From the NCBI RefSeq assembly GCF_001194135.2, contig NC_068994.1, positions 16,590,732 to 16,654,731 of the forward strand: a DNA stretch of 64,000 nt. Direction: 5' to 3'. Below, piece after piece: positions 12,861 through 26,722 of the stretch. The position numbers and the translations under genes were made by a program. Below the pieces are notes generated by a model. The model saw nothing but the letters and a program-made list of their open reading frames with translations, was not told the origin of the DNA and searched no databases. Source of the stretch: Octopus bimaculoides (lineage: Eukaryota). Positions within the stretch are counted from its first letter, which is position 1; every line of letters starts with the position of its first letter.

Positions 12861-13291
12861 TAGTGGTTCTATGGATCCCTTTGATATCTATTTTACTCGG
12901 ATAGACCCTTGTAACCATTCAATGTCTAAAAACTTATGTTTTTATAATTAAATACTATAAGAATTATTTCGTTTTTGGATTTGGTTTGCAAGATTTTTTA
13001 TGTGATTTCGTGTGTTGAAGCATATTCTGTTGTGTCTGGGGAGAGTCATTTTCTTATTGTGCCTTAAAATTTAGAAATAAGTGGAAATTTTAACGGTGTG
13101 TGTGTTAAATTTTAAGGCACAATAAGAAAATGACTCTCCCCAGACACAACAGAATACTATAAGAATAGCATTAAAAAAATTGTTAAAACATTTTGTGTAT
13201 TGTAGAAGTGTAACTAATTTATTGCACATAAACTTTAACAAAATCTTATATGGAAACCAAAGGGTCATATGGACCCCAGAGAGAACAACTG
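12861..13291 (-). mobile_element. hAT (Charlie-like) MITE, same family as 59673-59991 in opposite orientation, containing a 134-bp palindrome
   Basis: Ends tagtggttct / gagaacaactg; decayed 8-bp TSD atctacaa/atctacgc; internal segments match the reverse complement of the 59.7-kb copy. Confidence 0.7.
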
Positions 13292-13459
13292 ATCTACGCA
13301 AATGTAAATATTTCCCACACATAGCAAGTAAATTGTCAAAGAGAGATAACTCTTATAATAACTGTGGGAGATGTAAGAGTAACAACTAACCTTTATTTCA
13401 ACTAATTCTTTAGATTTAGCCATTATAGAAGTTATATTATAGCTGAATAAATATTTCAT

Positions 13460-13705
13460 CTTTTGTTTCAGTCACTGGACTGTGACCATGCTAGGGCACC
13501 ACTTTTCATCTAACAAATCGACCCAGTATTTATATTTTGTTTTTGTTTGATACTTATTCTATCAGTCTGTTTTGCCAAACTGCTAACTTATAGGAGCATA
13601 AACAAACCAACACCGGTTAACAAGTCGTGAAGGGTTGGGACAGAGAAACATATATTTAGGTTTCCACATAGTTTACCAAATTCACTCACAAGCCATTGGT
13701 CAGCC
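13460..13705 (-). mobile_element. SINE family A, diverged partial copy
   Basis: tgtttcagtcactggactgtgaccatgc...; homology to 7741 onward. Confidence 0.65.
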
Positions 13706-14180
13706 CTTTTTTTTTTTTTTTTAATCTCCTTTGTAAAGTACAAATAAATTTCATTCAGATACTAGGCTACTAAGGAACTTCGCATGAACCCTCAAATATT
13801 GACTTTTACATTTGTGTTAAACCACCATAATTGACTGGGTCAACACTAGCACATGACTTAGTTCATTGTTCCTGGGAGAAGAAAAAGGAAAATCAACACT
13901 GACAGGATTCAACTTAAAACATACAAAAACTAAATTCAATGTTATGTTCTTATCAAGCATTCAACTATTTTTGTTATGTCAGATATTGAAAAAAAAACCA
14001 TTAAAGGCCTTTCTTCAGGATAATCTTTAGATACTTCGACTAGTTTCTTTTGTTGGACAATAACCATTCTACAACACAAACTTCAAGATTTGGTCAACCA
14101 CATCAATCCTAGTACTCCAGTACTTTACATTAGATATTTCATCAACTCCACTTGTTGAACTTCTAGACTATTGATAGATA

Positions 14181-14565
14181 GTTGTTGTTGGCACTCCGTC
14201 GCTTACGACGACGAGGGTTCCAGTTGATCCGATCAACGGAACAGCCTGCTCGTGAAATTAACGTGCAAGTCGCTGAGCACTCCACAGACACGTGTACCCT
14301 TAACGTAGTTCTCGGGGATATTCAGCGTGACACAGTGTGGCAAGGCTGACCCTTTGAATTACAGGCACAACAGAAACAGGAAGTAAGAGTGAGAGAAAGT
14401 AGTGGTGAAAGAGTACAGCAGGGTTCGCCACCATCCCCTGCCATAGCCTCGTGGAGCTTTAGGTGTTTTCGCTCAATAAACATTCACAACGCCCAGTCTG
14501 GGAATCGAAACCACGATCCTACGACCGCAAGTCCGCTGCCCTAACCATTCGGCCATTGTGCCTCC
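14181..14565 (-). mobile_element. tRNA-derived SINE, second copy of the 8939 family, inverted
   Basis: High similarity to the reverse complement of 8939-9327; TSD actattgatagata/actatggatagata. Confidence 0.9.
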
Positions 14566-14679
14566 ACTATGGATAGATAGGCATACAACATAACACTTGT
14601 TTTATTTAGATCAATGTAAACATAAACGTGGACACATGAGATTATGTGTGAGTGTGTGTGTGTGTGTATGAGTTTATTG

Positions 14680-15528
14680 TACAAGGTGGTATCAAAAGGT
14701 TTCTGGACTAGCTATGTTTAATAAAGAATAACTTATTTAATTAAGTTTTAACATCATCTCTTTCAAAATAGTTACAGCAATACACCAGTCCTGGTGTTCC
14801 TGTCACTTTTGGAGTCTGGCTTGGAAGTCGTTTTCCAATAGAAAGTTGAGGAACTTCTGCAATTCACTCTGGATCTCGACAACGGTGTTAAAATAGCTGC
14901 ATTTTCATCTTGGGGAAGAGCTACTAAATCTGGTGAATAGGGCAGGTGCAGAAGCAATGCCATGTTGTTTTTGGTAAGAAACTAATGAGTGAGGAGAGCT
15001 CAGTAATAGGGTACATTGTCATCATGAAGAATCTGGTTGCTTTCGCCGAATGTCCTCACTCAAATGCTTCAAAGCATCACAGTAGATCGCTTGATTGATG
15101 GTCCAGCCCTGAGGATGAATTCTCAATGCCCAATGTCGCATTGCCAGGGGTGATGCTCATGGTAGGTCTTCCAGGGACATTCTTCTGTTTTTGAAGTGCC
15201 TGTGCCACTCGAAACATTGCACATGACCCATTGCCTCATCACCATAAGCTTGCCGAAGCATGCTCAATGTCTCTGTAGCAGACTTCCCAAGTTTAACACA
15301 AAATTTCACGTTGGCTCTTTGTTCCTGTCTGTGACAAATCGCAGAATTCATCATACATGTGATCCACAAAAACACAAATTTCACAACTTGCAAAGTAAAC
15401 ACTGCAATGTCACTCAGCACACTGCCTCATGAAGGTCACTGCTAACTCTCACTGAACACGCAACTGTGTGCTGCCACCTGTTGGTGCACTACAGAACTAG
15501 TCCAGGAACTTTTTGATACCACTCCATA
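14680..15528 (-). mobile_element. Internally deleted mariner transposon
   Basis: About 30-bp TIRs (tacaaggtggtatcaaaagg... / ...tttttgataccactccata) with TA ends. Transposase relics QRANVKFCVKLGKSATETLSMLRQAYG (HTH) and PYSPDL. Confidence 0.9.
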
Positions 15529-15749
15529 AAATGTGCTCGGGTGCACAATTTAGCAGAAAAGGGTAAAAGAGACAGAAAACAAGGGTTAAGATAATTAAGA
15601 AAAGACAATAACAACAGCCATAGTTACATGAAGAATACAGAGTATAAAACACAGCTACATGAAAAAGAGAATAGTAAAAGAGGTGTGTATGTGTGTAGTC
15701 ACGGATGACTACCTAGCCCTAATTTAGTTTTAAGTTATTGTCTTTTATT

Positions 15750-16110
15750 TGTTTCAGTCACGAAACTGTGACCATGCTGGAGCACCGCCTTAAAGAATTT
15801 TAATTCGAATGAATTGACCCCAGTACTTTTTTTTTTAAGCCTGGTACTTATTCTCTTGGCCCCTTTGCCAAACAAGCTAAGTTATGGATATATAAACACA
15901 CCAACACCAGTTGTCAAGTGGGGTGGGGACAAAAACAGACACAAAGTCACACACACACACATGACAGGCTTCTTTCTGTTTCCATATTACCAAATCTACT
16001 CTCAAGGCTTCAGTCAGCCTGAGGCCATAGCAGAAGACACTCACCCAAGTTGCCATACAATGGGACTGAACTCAGAAGCAAGCGTCTTACCACACAGCCA
16101 TACCTGCACC
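15750..16110 (-). mobile_element. SINE family A, diverged
   Basis: Homology to 7741-8100. Confidence 0.75.
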
Positions 16111-19100
16111 TATTATTACTATTTTTTTTGTGATGAATGTAGCATGGAATTTTGTCATGTATCTCATTAACAGCAACTCTGTTATTGTGCATCTGTCTGA
16201 AATGGATTTTCAGTTCAGCAGTAACTAACACACATTTGGATGTAAAGGACAGCACTGTTCCAGTATAACTGTTGGCATAAAAGCATCACGTGTTGGTCTT
16301 CAGCTGCAACCTTTCATGGATGGCATTTGAAAGTGTGATGTAACTATAAACAGTGCAATTGAGATCACCTCTTGATCTTCTACCATATCAACATCATCAA
16401 CATTTAATGTTTGTCTTCCATGCTGGCATGGCTTGGATGGCTTGACAGGAACTGGCAAGGCCTGGGTCCACACCAGGTTCCATAGTCTATTTCTATGGCT
16501 AGATGCCCTTCATAATACCAACCATTTCACAGAATGTATTGGGTGCTTTTATCATGATACCAACACCTACAGCAATGCTTGGGCATTTTGATTTTTCTCA
16601 AACTTCACATTGTTCTTTTTGCTTGTATTCAGCACAAAATGTTACTAATTAACAGTGATAATATTCAAGGATTTAAGCATATATTATTGTGGCATCATGA
16701 AATTTCATCTTTGGTTTGTACTGTGGACAGTTACTAAGAACTAATTCACCATGACATTTTAATTCAGGAGCCTGGAATTATCAAGATGAATGACATGACT
16801 AACCCGTCACATATGATGAGACAACCTGTATTTTCCAACTCTTTTGAGTCAGACATAAAAAATTTCCAGCTGATATCCAATATATGCCTTGGACATTTCA
16901 AGTGATACCATTTAAGTGTTTTGATTTTTAACATTGATATGAGATCCTTGTCTCAGTTGAATAGAACAGAGATGTGATGATGCAAGACTTGGTGAAGAAG
17001 TCTGTGTGGGACCAGACTTGTTTCTCCAATGTCCCAAACCCAATTGTGAGGAAGAGAAGTCTGGCTTGGGAGCTCCAGGGTTCTGAAGAGTGTGGAACAA
17101 CCTCTTAGGTCTACACTGATCCAGGGTAGTAGCACCTGTCAGGGTCTCAGCTATGAGTTAATTAGCCTATTAAGGTTTGCCCACCAATGCAAATAAAGAC
17201 TGGATCCAGCACACTGTGTGCAAGAAACCATCATAGATCAACAGAGGGGCGAAATGCTGCAGCAAGGCATTGAAGAGTGAAGAGCATAAGATGTGGATAT
17301 CGTGGTCATCCACTGCATCTGTTTCCATCTCTTATCTTCTTGAACTGGTCTTGCCACTGGATTGAAGATGGTCACATATGACAGAGTGAAGTTGATGGTG
17401 CGCAACTATTCTTCACTTTAAACAAAGTCACCATGCTTTAAGGATGACTAGATGATCCTCATTACTCTGACAGACAAACATGAGTATGTGTGTGAAAGTA
17501 CACACACACACACACACACATACACGTAGGGGGTTTGTATAGTTTATGTCTACCAAATTCCATCAAAAGAAAATATAACAACTGTTTGAAGAGTTGCTAA
17601 AATGCCAAGGGGAACCAATGTTAATAAAGTGCTAATAATGGTCATCTTTCTTAGATTGAAGAAACAGCAGCTGCAAGAAAAGCAATGAAAATTACACATT
17701 ATTTTGACTAACAACAAAAGCAATGTTTATTTGGCACATTATATGAAAGCAAAAATGCATTTTAAAAATTGATAAAATCGTTGGCAATTGACAGGAGACA
17801 GATGGGACAAATATTCTTTTAAAAATGAGATAAAAACGCTTCATATAAATATATATACGTACACGTACATACACGCGTGCGTGCTCTCCAATTTTTTTTT
17901 GTACTTTTTTAAATAAAAGGCATGGGGTGTGGTTAAGATGATCGCTTCACAACCACATAGCTTCGGGTTCAGTCTCACTGCACAGCACCTCAGACAAATG
18001 TCTTCAACTACTACAGCCGCAGGCTAACCAATGCCTTGTGAGTGAACTTGGTAGACGGAAACTGTGTGAAAGCCTGTCGAATTTGTATGTGCGCTTTTGT
18101 ATTTGTGCCTTTCCCTGCCATTTGACAATTGGTGTTGATTTGTTTAAGTCTCTGTAACTTTGCAGTTCGACAAAAGAGACCAATAGAATAAGTACTAGAT
18201 TTTAAATATAAGTACTGGCGGTGACCCAGTATAGTCGCAGTCCAAGTTTTTTCTTTTTTTTTTTGGTGGGGGGACTAATGTATAGTCCTTCGACCTACAA
18301 GCAAATAAATAGCCAAATCAAATCATATACGACTGTCTTAAAAGAAAGGAGACACATTGTTTAGGATTATGTTATCCAATATCAGACCAAAAAAAAAGAC
18401 TAGAATAGTAAGGCTGGACACATTCGGTCAGAAGTTTGTTCAGCGAGGGCTGAAAAGAGGTTAAGCAACAATAAAAAGGAAAATAGAAAATATAGATGGG
18501 GAACCCGTAAGGGGAAATATTCATCCATTAGGTACGAAGGCTACGAACGTGTGGTAAAAGGGGAGAATTTATGTGATGTTCACACATGTATTTGTAAACT
18601 GGGAAGACAGTTGTATGAAGATTGAGAAATGAAGTGAAATTATTCCTATTTACGACTAGGTCTACACTGCGTTCGACAAATGTCTTTGTTATGCGGGGCT
18701 GGGAATTTTGAAGGAAAAGGTTTTACGTCGCAATATCGGCTTCGCTCCACGTCGGTCACCACTGTATCAACAATAATGGTTTCTTTGTTTAGCATACAAG
18801 GAGGGTGTGGCCAATTATCGCAGAAATGGGGAAATGCTAATAGACCAGCTCAGCCATACACATAACAAGTACGTGGTCAGTAAAACTTGGAGAAATTAAA
18901 CACGAACCAGACCGTCGATTGGATTTGAACACTGAACCGAAATGACCGAAGTGGTCTTCTTTTTTTTTTTTTAATGTTATCAGCATAATTGTAATCTACA
19001 CCCTCGAAAAGTGTATCCCTGCAAAATTTCGTTTAAAAATATGTATTTTTTTCAGAAAGTTATTAGGAAACAAAGTCGATGGGAGGTACCTCTAGATATA

Positions 19101-19420
19101 GTAATGTATTCACTTATGACGCTTTAAATGATTCGGCTGTCTTTCAACCATTCTTTATTATTTTCACTGCCCTTAAACGAAAGCTACAATTGCATATAAC
19201 ATCCATGTAAGCATGACAAAAAAAGAATAATACACAAAACTGGTTGGTTCATTCACAAACGATAACAAAAGTGCCCGTTTAAATTTGTATGACAAGCACT
19301 TGCTAACGATAACTGGCGTTACAGTTTAGAAATTTTGAGTTGGATGTTTTTTTTTTCATTTATATATAATCGAAAATTAAAATTTTGCAAATAAAATTAT
19401 TAAATATTTGATGTGCTTAC

Positions 19421-19570
19421 CTTGGAATAATATACAATTAAAACAAAATACAACAGAGTAAGTAAGGCAGCGAAAGAGAGCACGGCGAGGTAGCAGAAAC
19501 GACGGTTAGAAAAACAAACAAAAACAAAACACCGGTATTGTCTTGTTATAGCACGCAGTTTAAAACTAGC
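19421..19570 (-). promoter_or_regulatory. Candidate non-coding first exon / promoter of the 143-aa gene
   Basis: CpG-enriched, non-repeat block ending in a strong minus-strand donor AAG|gtaagc (19420). The link to the 12344 exon is inferred. Confidence 0.45.
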
Positions 19571-21056
19571 CCGAGCGACAGGATAGGGGATGCTGATTTT
19601 GTTTTTTGGTTATTTTAAATTTTCATCTTCCTTTCGTTGTTGTTTTTGCCTTCTAATAAGACCAGAGGAATATGAAATGAACTAAGGGAAGTAAGTCAAA
19701 TGGACCAATGGCATGAAATTTGGAAAATCAAGTTATAGGATGAGGTACTGAATAAACTGCGCAAAAAAAAAAAATGAAAGTAATTGAAATTTTCTTGTTA
19801 GATGGAAAAAGGAAATGAATTTAGACACACACAAGTGTGTGAGCCACCACCATCGAATTTGTTTCTTCATAACTTCCAGAAAAATTGGTATTTTTTAAAG
19901 ATTTTTTAAAAAAATTTTTTTTTTTTACAAATATACTTCAGTTGGTACAGATTGATTATAACGGAATTTCTTGGAAAATTTTTAAGGGGAGTGGGCGGGA
20001 AGGGGATTCTGAAAAATTCACAAAGGTCGGCTTTGTTTCCTCATAACTTTCAGAAAATAGGTGTCTTTTTTATGAAATTTTNNNNNNNNNNNNNNNNNNN
20101 NNNNNNNNNNNNNNNNNNNNNNNNNNNNNNNNNNNNNNNNNNNNNNNNNNNNNNNNNNNNNNNNNNNNNNNNNNNNNNNNNNNNNNNNNNNNNNNNNNNN
20201 NNNNNNNNNNNNNNNNNNNNNNNNNNNNNNNNNNNNNNNNNNNNNNNNNNNNNNNNNNNNNNNNNNNNNNNNNNNNNNNNNNNNNNNNNNNNNNNNNNNN
20301 NNNNNNNNNNNNNNNNNNNNNNNNNNNNNNNNNNNNNNNNNNNNNNNNNNNNNNNNNNNNNNNNNNNNNNNNNNNNNNNNNNNNNNNNNNNNNNNNNNNN
20401 NNNNNNNNNNNNNNNNNNNNNNNNNNNNNNNNNNNNNNNNNNNNNNNNNNNNNNNNNNNNNNNNNNNNNNNNNNNNNNNNNNNNNNNNNNNNNNNNNNNN
20501 NNNNNNNNNNNNNNNNNNNNNNNNNNNNNNNNNNNNNNNNNNNNNNNNNNNNNNNNNNNNNNNNNNNNNNNNNNNNNNNNNNNNNNNNNNNNNNNNNNNN
20601 NNNNNNNNNNNNNNNNNNNNNNNNNNNNNNNNNNNNNNNNNNNNNNNNNNNNNNNNNNNNNNNNNNNNNNNNNNNNNNNNNNNNNNNNNNNNNNNNNNNN
20701 NNNNNNNNNNNNNNNNNNNNNNNNNNNNNNNNNNNNNNNNNNNNNNNNNNNNNNNNNNNNNNNNNNNNNNNNNNNNNNNNNNNNNNNNNNNNNNNNNNNN
20801 NNNNNNNNNNNNNNNNNNNNNNNNNNNNNNNNNNNNNNNNNNNNNNNNNNNNNNNNNNNNNNNNNNNNNNNNNNNNNNNNNNNNNNNNNNNNNNNNNNNN
20901 NNNNNNNNNNNNNNNNNNNNNNNNNNNNNNNNNNNNNNNNNNNNNNNNNNNNNNNNNNNNNNNNNNNNNNNNNNNNNNNNNNNNNNNNNNNNNNNNNNNN
21001 NNNNNNNNNNNNNNNNNNNNNNNNNNNNNNNNNNNNNNNNNNNNNNNNNNNNNNNN

Positions 21057-21240
21057 ATATATATATATATATATACACATATATACGATGGGCTTCTTTC
21101 AGTTTCCATCTACCAAATCCACTCACAAGGCTTTGGTCGGCCCGAGGCTATAATAGAAGACACTTGCCCAAGGTGCCACGCAGTGGGACTGAACCCGGAG
21201 CCATGTGGTTGGTAAGCAAGCTACTTACCACACAGCCAAT
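21057..21240 (-). mobile_element. SINE family A, 5' half next to a gap
   Basis: Near-identical to 7945-8100. Confidence 0.85.
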
Positions 21241-21576
21241 CCCCCAAAAAAATGAAGAACAAACACAAGAAGAAAAAAACAACAGTGCAAGGACGTTGTA
21301 CATGCAAAGTATTAGCAGATGCTAAGAGAAGGAAAGAAAGGTAGTTTTTATGTTTCGAGCAAAGCTCTTCATCAGCAACAGGAGACGGAGGAGAGTACAA
21401 GAGAAAAGGAAGATGGAGGAAAAAAATCACCAATGATCCACATGTGGTTACATTTTGAACAAAAAATATATATATATACATATGTATGCATGCACATATG
21501 TATGCATGCACATATGTATATATATGTATAAATGCATTGAAATCTGGATAGACACTGAATTATTTAAATTATAATA

Positions 21577-22716
21577 TACAGGGTGCAGTGAATATATTGT
21601 CATCTAAATTATGCAAAAATGAAAATAACACTGACATCTCATTTTAAGAAAAATATTTACAAAAATTACACAAAAATATCTTGAAATACTAAGGAGTAAA
21701 TTTGGTGTTACAAGGAATTTTATTGGTCTCTTGCTCCACTGCACCCCATACATAATAATCAAGGGGCTTGCAGTCTGGGGAGTTAGGTGACCAGATGCTA
21801 GGGGCGATGTGGTCACAGAAATTGTCTGACAGCCATGACTGGGTTCTTCTGCTTGTGTGGCATGCTGCAGAGTTCTGTTGCTAGACATAGGGTCTTCCAG
21901 CAACCACCCTTTTGACCCAGGGCAGCACCATCTCCTCCAGACACTTGATGTAGGCCTCTGTATTGAGTCTGAGGCCATGTGGGAAGATGAACAGAGGCAT
22001 AACATCCAATCACTAGTAATCACTCCAAACACCATGATGTTGACTGGATGTTTGATTTTTATCCCCAGTACATGTTTTAGAGACATGGCAAGCCAACAGT
22101 TGTGTCTTTGTGTTCACCATCTGATCCTGGCAGAAATTTTTTCTTGTCTGAGAAAAACCAAAGCATGTTTGGTTGGATGGGATGCTTGAGTTTGTTCAAA
22201 AGCTTCATAATGCTGTCTTTCCTCTTGTCCTTGATGGCTTGGGATAAAAATTGGCCCTTTCTCATCTTGCATGAGGAATACCAAATATCTTCAAGCACTA
22301 CCTGCCTGATAAGAAACTCAGACACTCCCATGTTCCTGGCGATGGACCTGATTGACTTGGAAGGATCATTATCAATCATGGCCTGGATCTCACCAACAAA
22401 TTCAGTTCTTTTCTTATCAGAACCGAGTGAATTTTCCGAGCTGCCGTACCTTCGTAATCATCATTAAACTCATCCAACTCTTTCTGAATCCTTTGCACTC
22501 ACCTCAGATTGACACCCAAACACTCTGAAATGTTCATATTGGAGCTTCCATTGCAAATGCCAAGCAGTACAGTATGTCATTTCCAAATTTCTGGCAGAGT
22601 GAATTGCATCATGGTGCTGTTTTTCTCATAGACAGTGCTCAACTGACCCTACTATACTGTGTAGTTGACAAAATCAAATATATAAAATGGTGACAATTTA
22701 CCCATCGCACCTTGTT
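21577..22716 (-). mobile_element. Degraded Tc1/mariner transposon (maT/DD37D-like by inference)
   Basis: Diverged TIRs; frameshifted transposase pieces SKSIRSIARNMGVSEFLIRQVV, WFFSDKKKF, IMVFGVITSD, and an SPDC.PLDYY-like motif. Confidence 0.8.
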
Positions 22717-23027
22717 CCATGATGGTAAGACCAACATAAAAAAACTCCATCTGGTGAGAGATAAATATTATTTAATAAACATTTTTATTATATATTTTTA
22801 TAAGCTACTAATAGTTTCATGTGATGAAAAACAACTGAGACAGCATTTAATAACACATCTGGTGCCTTCATGCAATCTTCAGGCTCTGCCCACATGGCAT
22901 AACAAGCTAAAACAGGACGATAGGATGAGAAAATACAAGAAAAGGCAAGAAGGAAGTAGATACAAAAGGCGGAAGGTTGAAAACGCTAGAAAAAGAAAAA
23001 GAAGACAGAAACACTTTATATAAATTA

Positions 23028-23433
23028 CATTGGCTGTGTGGTAAGTAGCTTGCTTACAAACCACATGGTTCCAGGTTCAGTCCCACTGTGTGGTACCTTG
23101 GGCAAGTGTCTTCTACTATATCCTCGGGCTGACCAAAGCCTTGTGAGTGGATTTGGTAGATGGAAACTGAAAGAAGCCCGTCGTATATATCTATGTATAT
23201 ATATGTATGTGTGTGTGTCTGTTTGTGTGTGTGTGTTTGTCCCCCCAACAGTGCTTGACAACCGATGCTGGTGTGTTTATGTCCCCGTAACTTAGCGGTT
23301 TGGCAAAAGGGACCGATAGAATAAGTACTAGGCTTACAAAAGAATAAGTCCGGGGGTCGATTTAATCGACTAAAGGCAGTGCTCCAGCATGGCCACAGTC
23401 AAATGACTGAAACAAGTTATTGAGTAAAAGAGT
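23028..23433 (+). mobile_element. SINE family A
   Basis: Full-length plus-strand copy. Confidence 0.9.
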
Positions 23434-26400
23434 ATATGTTATGTCTGATCACTCTTGTGTGCTACTGGTAATAATGTAACCCAGTACAACCAATTGCATG
23501 ATTTGACCATCAGCAACTGAACCAGTGACACCACCACTTACTTCAATGCCAGTTGAACACTGCATTGATGTAATCAACTTAACCCCTCCCTCGAAATCGC
23601 TGCCAAAGCTTGAAATTAATATTTCTTCTAGCTTTACATTCTGAGTTCAAATGCCACTAAGATTGACTTTACTTTTCATCCCTTCTGGGTCAATAGAATA
23701 AAGTAGCAGTCAAGTACTGATGTTGATATAATCAACTTGCCTCCTCCCCTAAAATCAATTGCTGGCCTTGTGCCAAAAATAGAATTATTATCCAAGTGTT
23801 GAGATTGCTAAAGGTAGTGATTATTGAATATTGAAGAGATTTAGATTTAGATGGGTAGAAAAACACCATGTAACAGCTTAATCTGTTGTTTGTTTATATC
23901 CTATTGAACTATTTAATTACCATAGGATTGTGGGTCCTTTGTGATGGTCTCATAGCATTAATAGCATTGAGAATATGTTTATTTGCTGGCCTAGTTCCTT
24001 TTCAGTAGCTTTTATTATTCTGAAGTTAAGATCAGAAAGAAAAGTCACTTTATGATCCTTGAAGGTAATGTAGGGTATGCCTATGATAACGTGTTTTCTG
24101 CTCTTCCTATTTTCAGTTGTGAGGTTAGTTTCTATGCTTTTATGTTTGTAGTGGTGAAATGTGTATCAGGTGAACAAATGTGATAGGAATGCGGATGACT
24201 TTGAAGTAAACAAATTAATGAATCGATTCATAGTTAAAATAATTTATTCACTGGACTTAATTTGTTGTTGGTACACAATATACTTCACTACATGCAAAAT
24301 GTTGACAACTGCTACGAGTTGCTAGAAATAGAAACAGGGTACATCTGTGTAAGTGATATGTCAGAAATGAATATGTTTGTGTGTGTGTGTGTGTGTGTGC
24401 GTAGTTCATCTGAGACAGTAATCTACCATGGAACTTCAAACATTTCTCTCAGTTTCTGTGGTCTGCCAAAACTTTCTGTCGTAGACCTTTTTCGTCTGCC
24501 TGCTAGGCCTTTCTTGTCTGTCCCCCTGCTGACTACCTAATTGGCTTGTATGCTTTTATTTTTCTTCACCCTTACTTTTGCTTTCTTTCTTTCTTTATAT
24601 CCTTAATTTATATCAGGACCTCTCCTAGCTAACCACTGCTCTAAGCCTACTATAATAAAATATCACCTACACCCCACTCCAGCCTACCTAAGAACAAGTC
24701 TAGCAGGTTCCTATCTCACCCAGGACGATGAACTTAGATATCATATTACACACTTTCACAAACTATATTCTTAACCTTGATGGCCAACTTTGTTGATCAT
24801 TCTCCCATTTCATAGTTGGCATTGACAGACTTCAGCCACATCCCTGCTGTATTCTTGCGATATTCTGTTTGTAAAATTATGTTTCATCTGATGATTACGG
24901 TTTTTTGTAATGGAGTAATGTTCTCATTCTTCTATTAAAATGATGTGTAAGAAACAGGTGTAATGAGCTGACAATTGTCCATCATGTTATTAGTCATTTG
25001 ATTATATATGTATGTATATATACACACACACACAAGCTTCATTCAATTTTCATCAACCAAATTCACTCACAAGACCAGTCAGCCTGAAGCTTTAGAAGAC
25101 ACTTACCCAAAGTGTCATGCAGTAGGACTGAACCTGCAATCATGTAGTTAGTAAATAAATTTCTTACCACACAGCTACATATTCACAATCTGATTTCAGA
25201 TTGAAAAGTTTAGCGATCACTCCTCAACCTATACCAAATTCATTCAGTTACATTAGTTTCACCACTATAATGGATGTTATTTAAGCCAATCAGAAATTTT
25301 GGCATGATTGCTGGGCACAAACATAGCTGTATGGTAACAAGTTTGTTTCCCAGCCACATGGTTCCAGATTCAATCCCACTGTGAGGCACTTCAGGCAAGT
25401 GTCTTCTATTAAAGCCCCAGGGCAACCAAAGCTTTCTAAATAGATTTGGTAGACAGAAACTGAAAGAATCTTGTATATATGTGTTGGTGTGTTACTGTCT
25501 CTTTGCTTTGATGAGTGTCACCAGCATCTTTTGTTTCCCAAATCCTATGAAAACATATCTGTTCAGTGGATAATATTATGCTTTTTGGAAACAGGAATGG
25601 CATCCAACCATAGAAAATCTTCAATAAATTCCATTTGACCCACCATGCATGCAAAAAAACAATGACGATGTTATTATTCCGTAAGCTTTTATTTTTCTTG
25701 GCATGTTTAGCAAAATATGCTTAAATTAATTACATTTGTGCTTTATTTTGAACAATCACAACAGAGTAACCTGTTAAGCAATTTGCTTTTTTTTTTACTC
25801 TCTTAAAATGGAAGCTATTTTCACTCTCTAAGCCATAAATGCATTTTACTCTTCTATGTGTCTTTTGGCTATTTGAGACAACTGTCATGCTAATGACACC
25901 TATTGAAGCAGAAACAGGTCTATAACTGTCCACCTTCTCAAAGCTTGTCCATTTCCTTAAAGGCATGTCAACTATGGAAAATACTTGGTTGTTGAGATTA
26001 TTTTCCCTTCTTAAATGGAGCTGTTCTCAACTGACATTTGGTAATTATGATAAGCACTTTAGCGGCAGAGATAATTCTAACACATCAAGAATTGATGTTG
26101 TAAAGTATTTGATATACATGTATTTTCCAATGTATGTGTTACTGTTTCCTTGCCTTGACAGCACACAATTGTAAATGAATGTCCCTATCATACAAGCAGC
26201 ATCCTTCGTTTCCAATCTTCCCAGAAAATATGTCTGGTCATGGGGATATTACTACTTTACTTGAAAACAGGTAAGGGTTAGCAATAGGAAGGTCTTGTAG
26301 AAAATTTGCCTCAACAAAATTCCGTCTAACCCTTGCAAGCATGTAAAAGTAGACGTTAAAACGATTATGATGATATGTTGTGACAGATGTAAACATCAGC

Positions 26401-26722
26401 AAGAAAATCAATATATCAGTACTTTCAACAAAAATACTTTGTGTAGTATATGATGTTTGAGTTACAAGCACTCCTTTGTATGCAATTACCTTAAATGTCA
26501 ATAACTGGCTCACTGTCCTTCAGTGAATGGCCACTAGAAACCTGTAGCCAACAACGCTATTGTTTTATAAAATGCAATATAAAATAATAATAAATAAATG
26601 TGGTAAGTTTTACGGTTTAGTTTCACAACCTATTTTTCAGTTAAATAATGTATGTCAGAGTAATGTCCCTTGAATACAACGTACACTCATCACCATATGT
26701 AATCATTGAACTCGTTACTTTG

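Noticed and set aside
19952-21325. Long ORFs of 200-457 aa (also at 3128, 32487, 33388, 40141, 43228)
   Set aside because: Their length comes from N runs translated as X; only the RTE relic around 43-44.5 kb has real coding ancestry.
25730-25966. ORF containing DSYRPVS (also RT-like remnants near 16900-17400, 51200-51340, 58800-59260)
   Set aside because: Probably very old LINE reverse-transcriptase debris; too degraded to delimit or classify, and not host genes.
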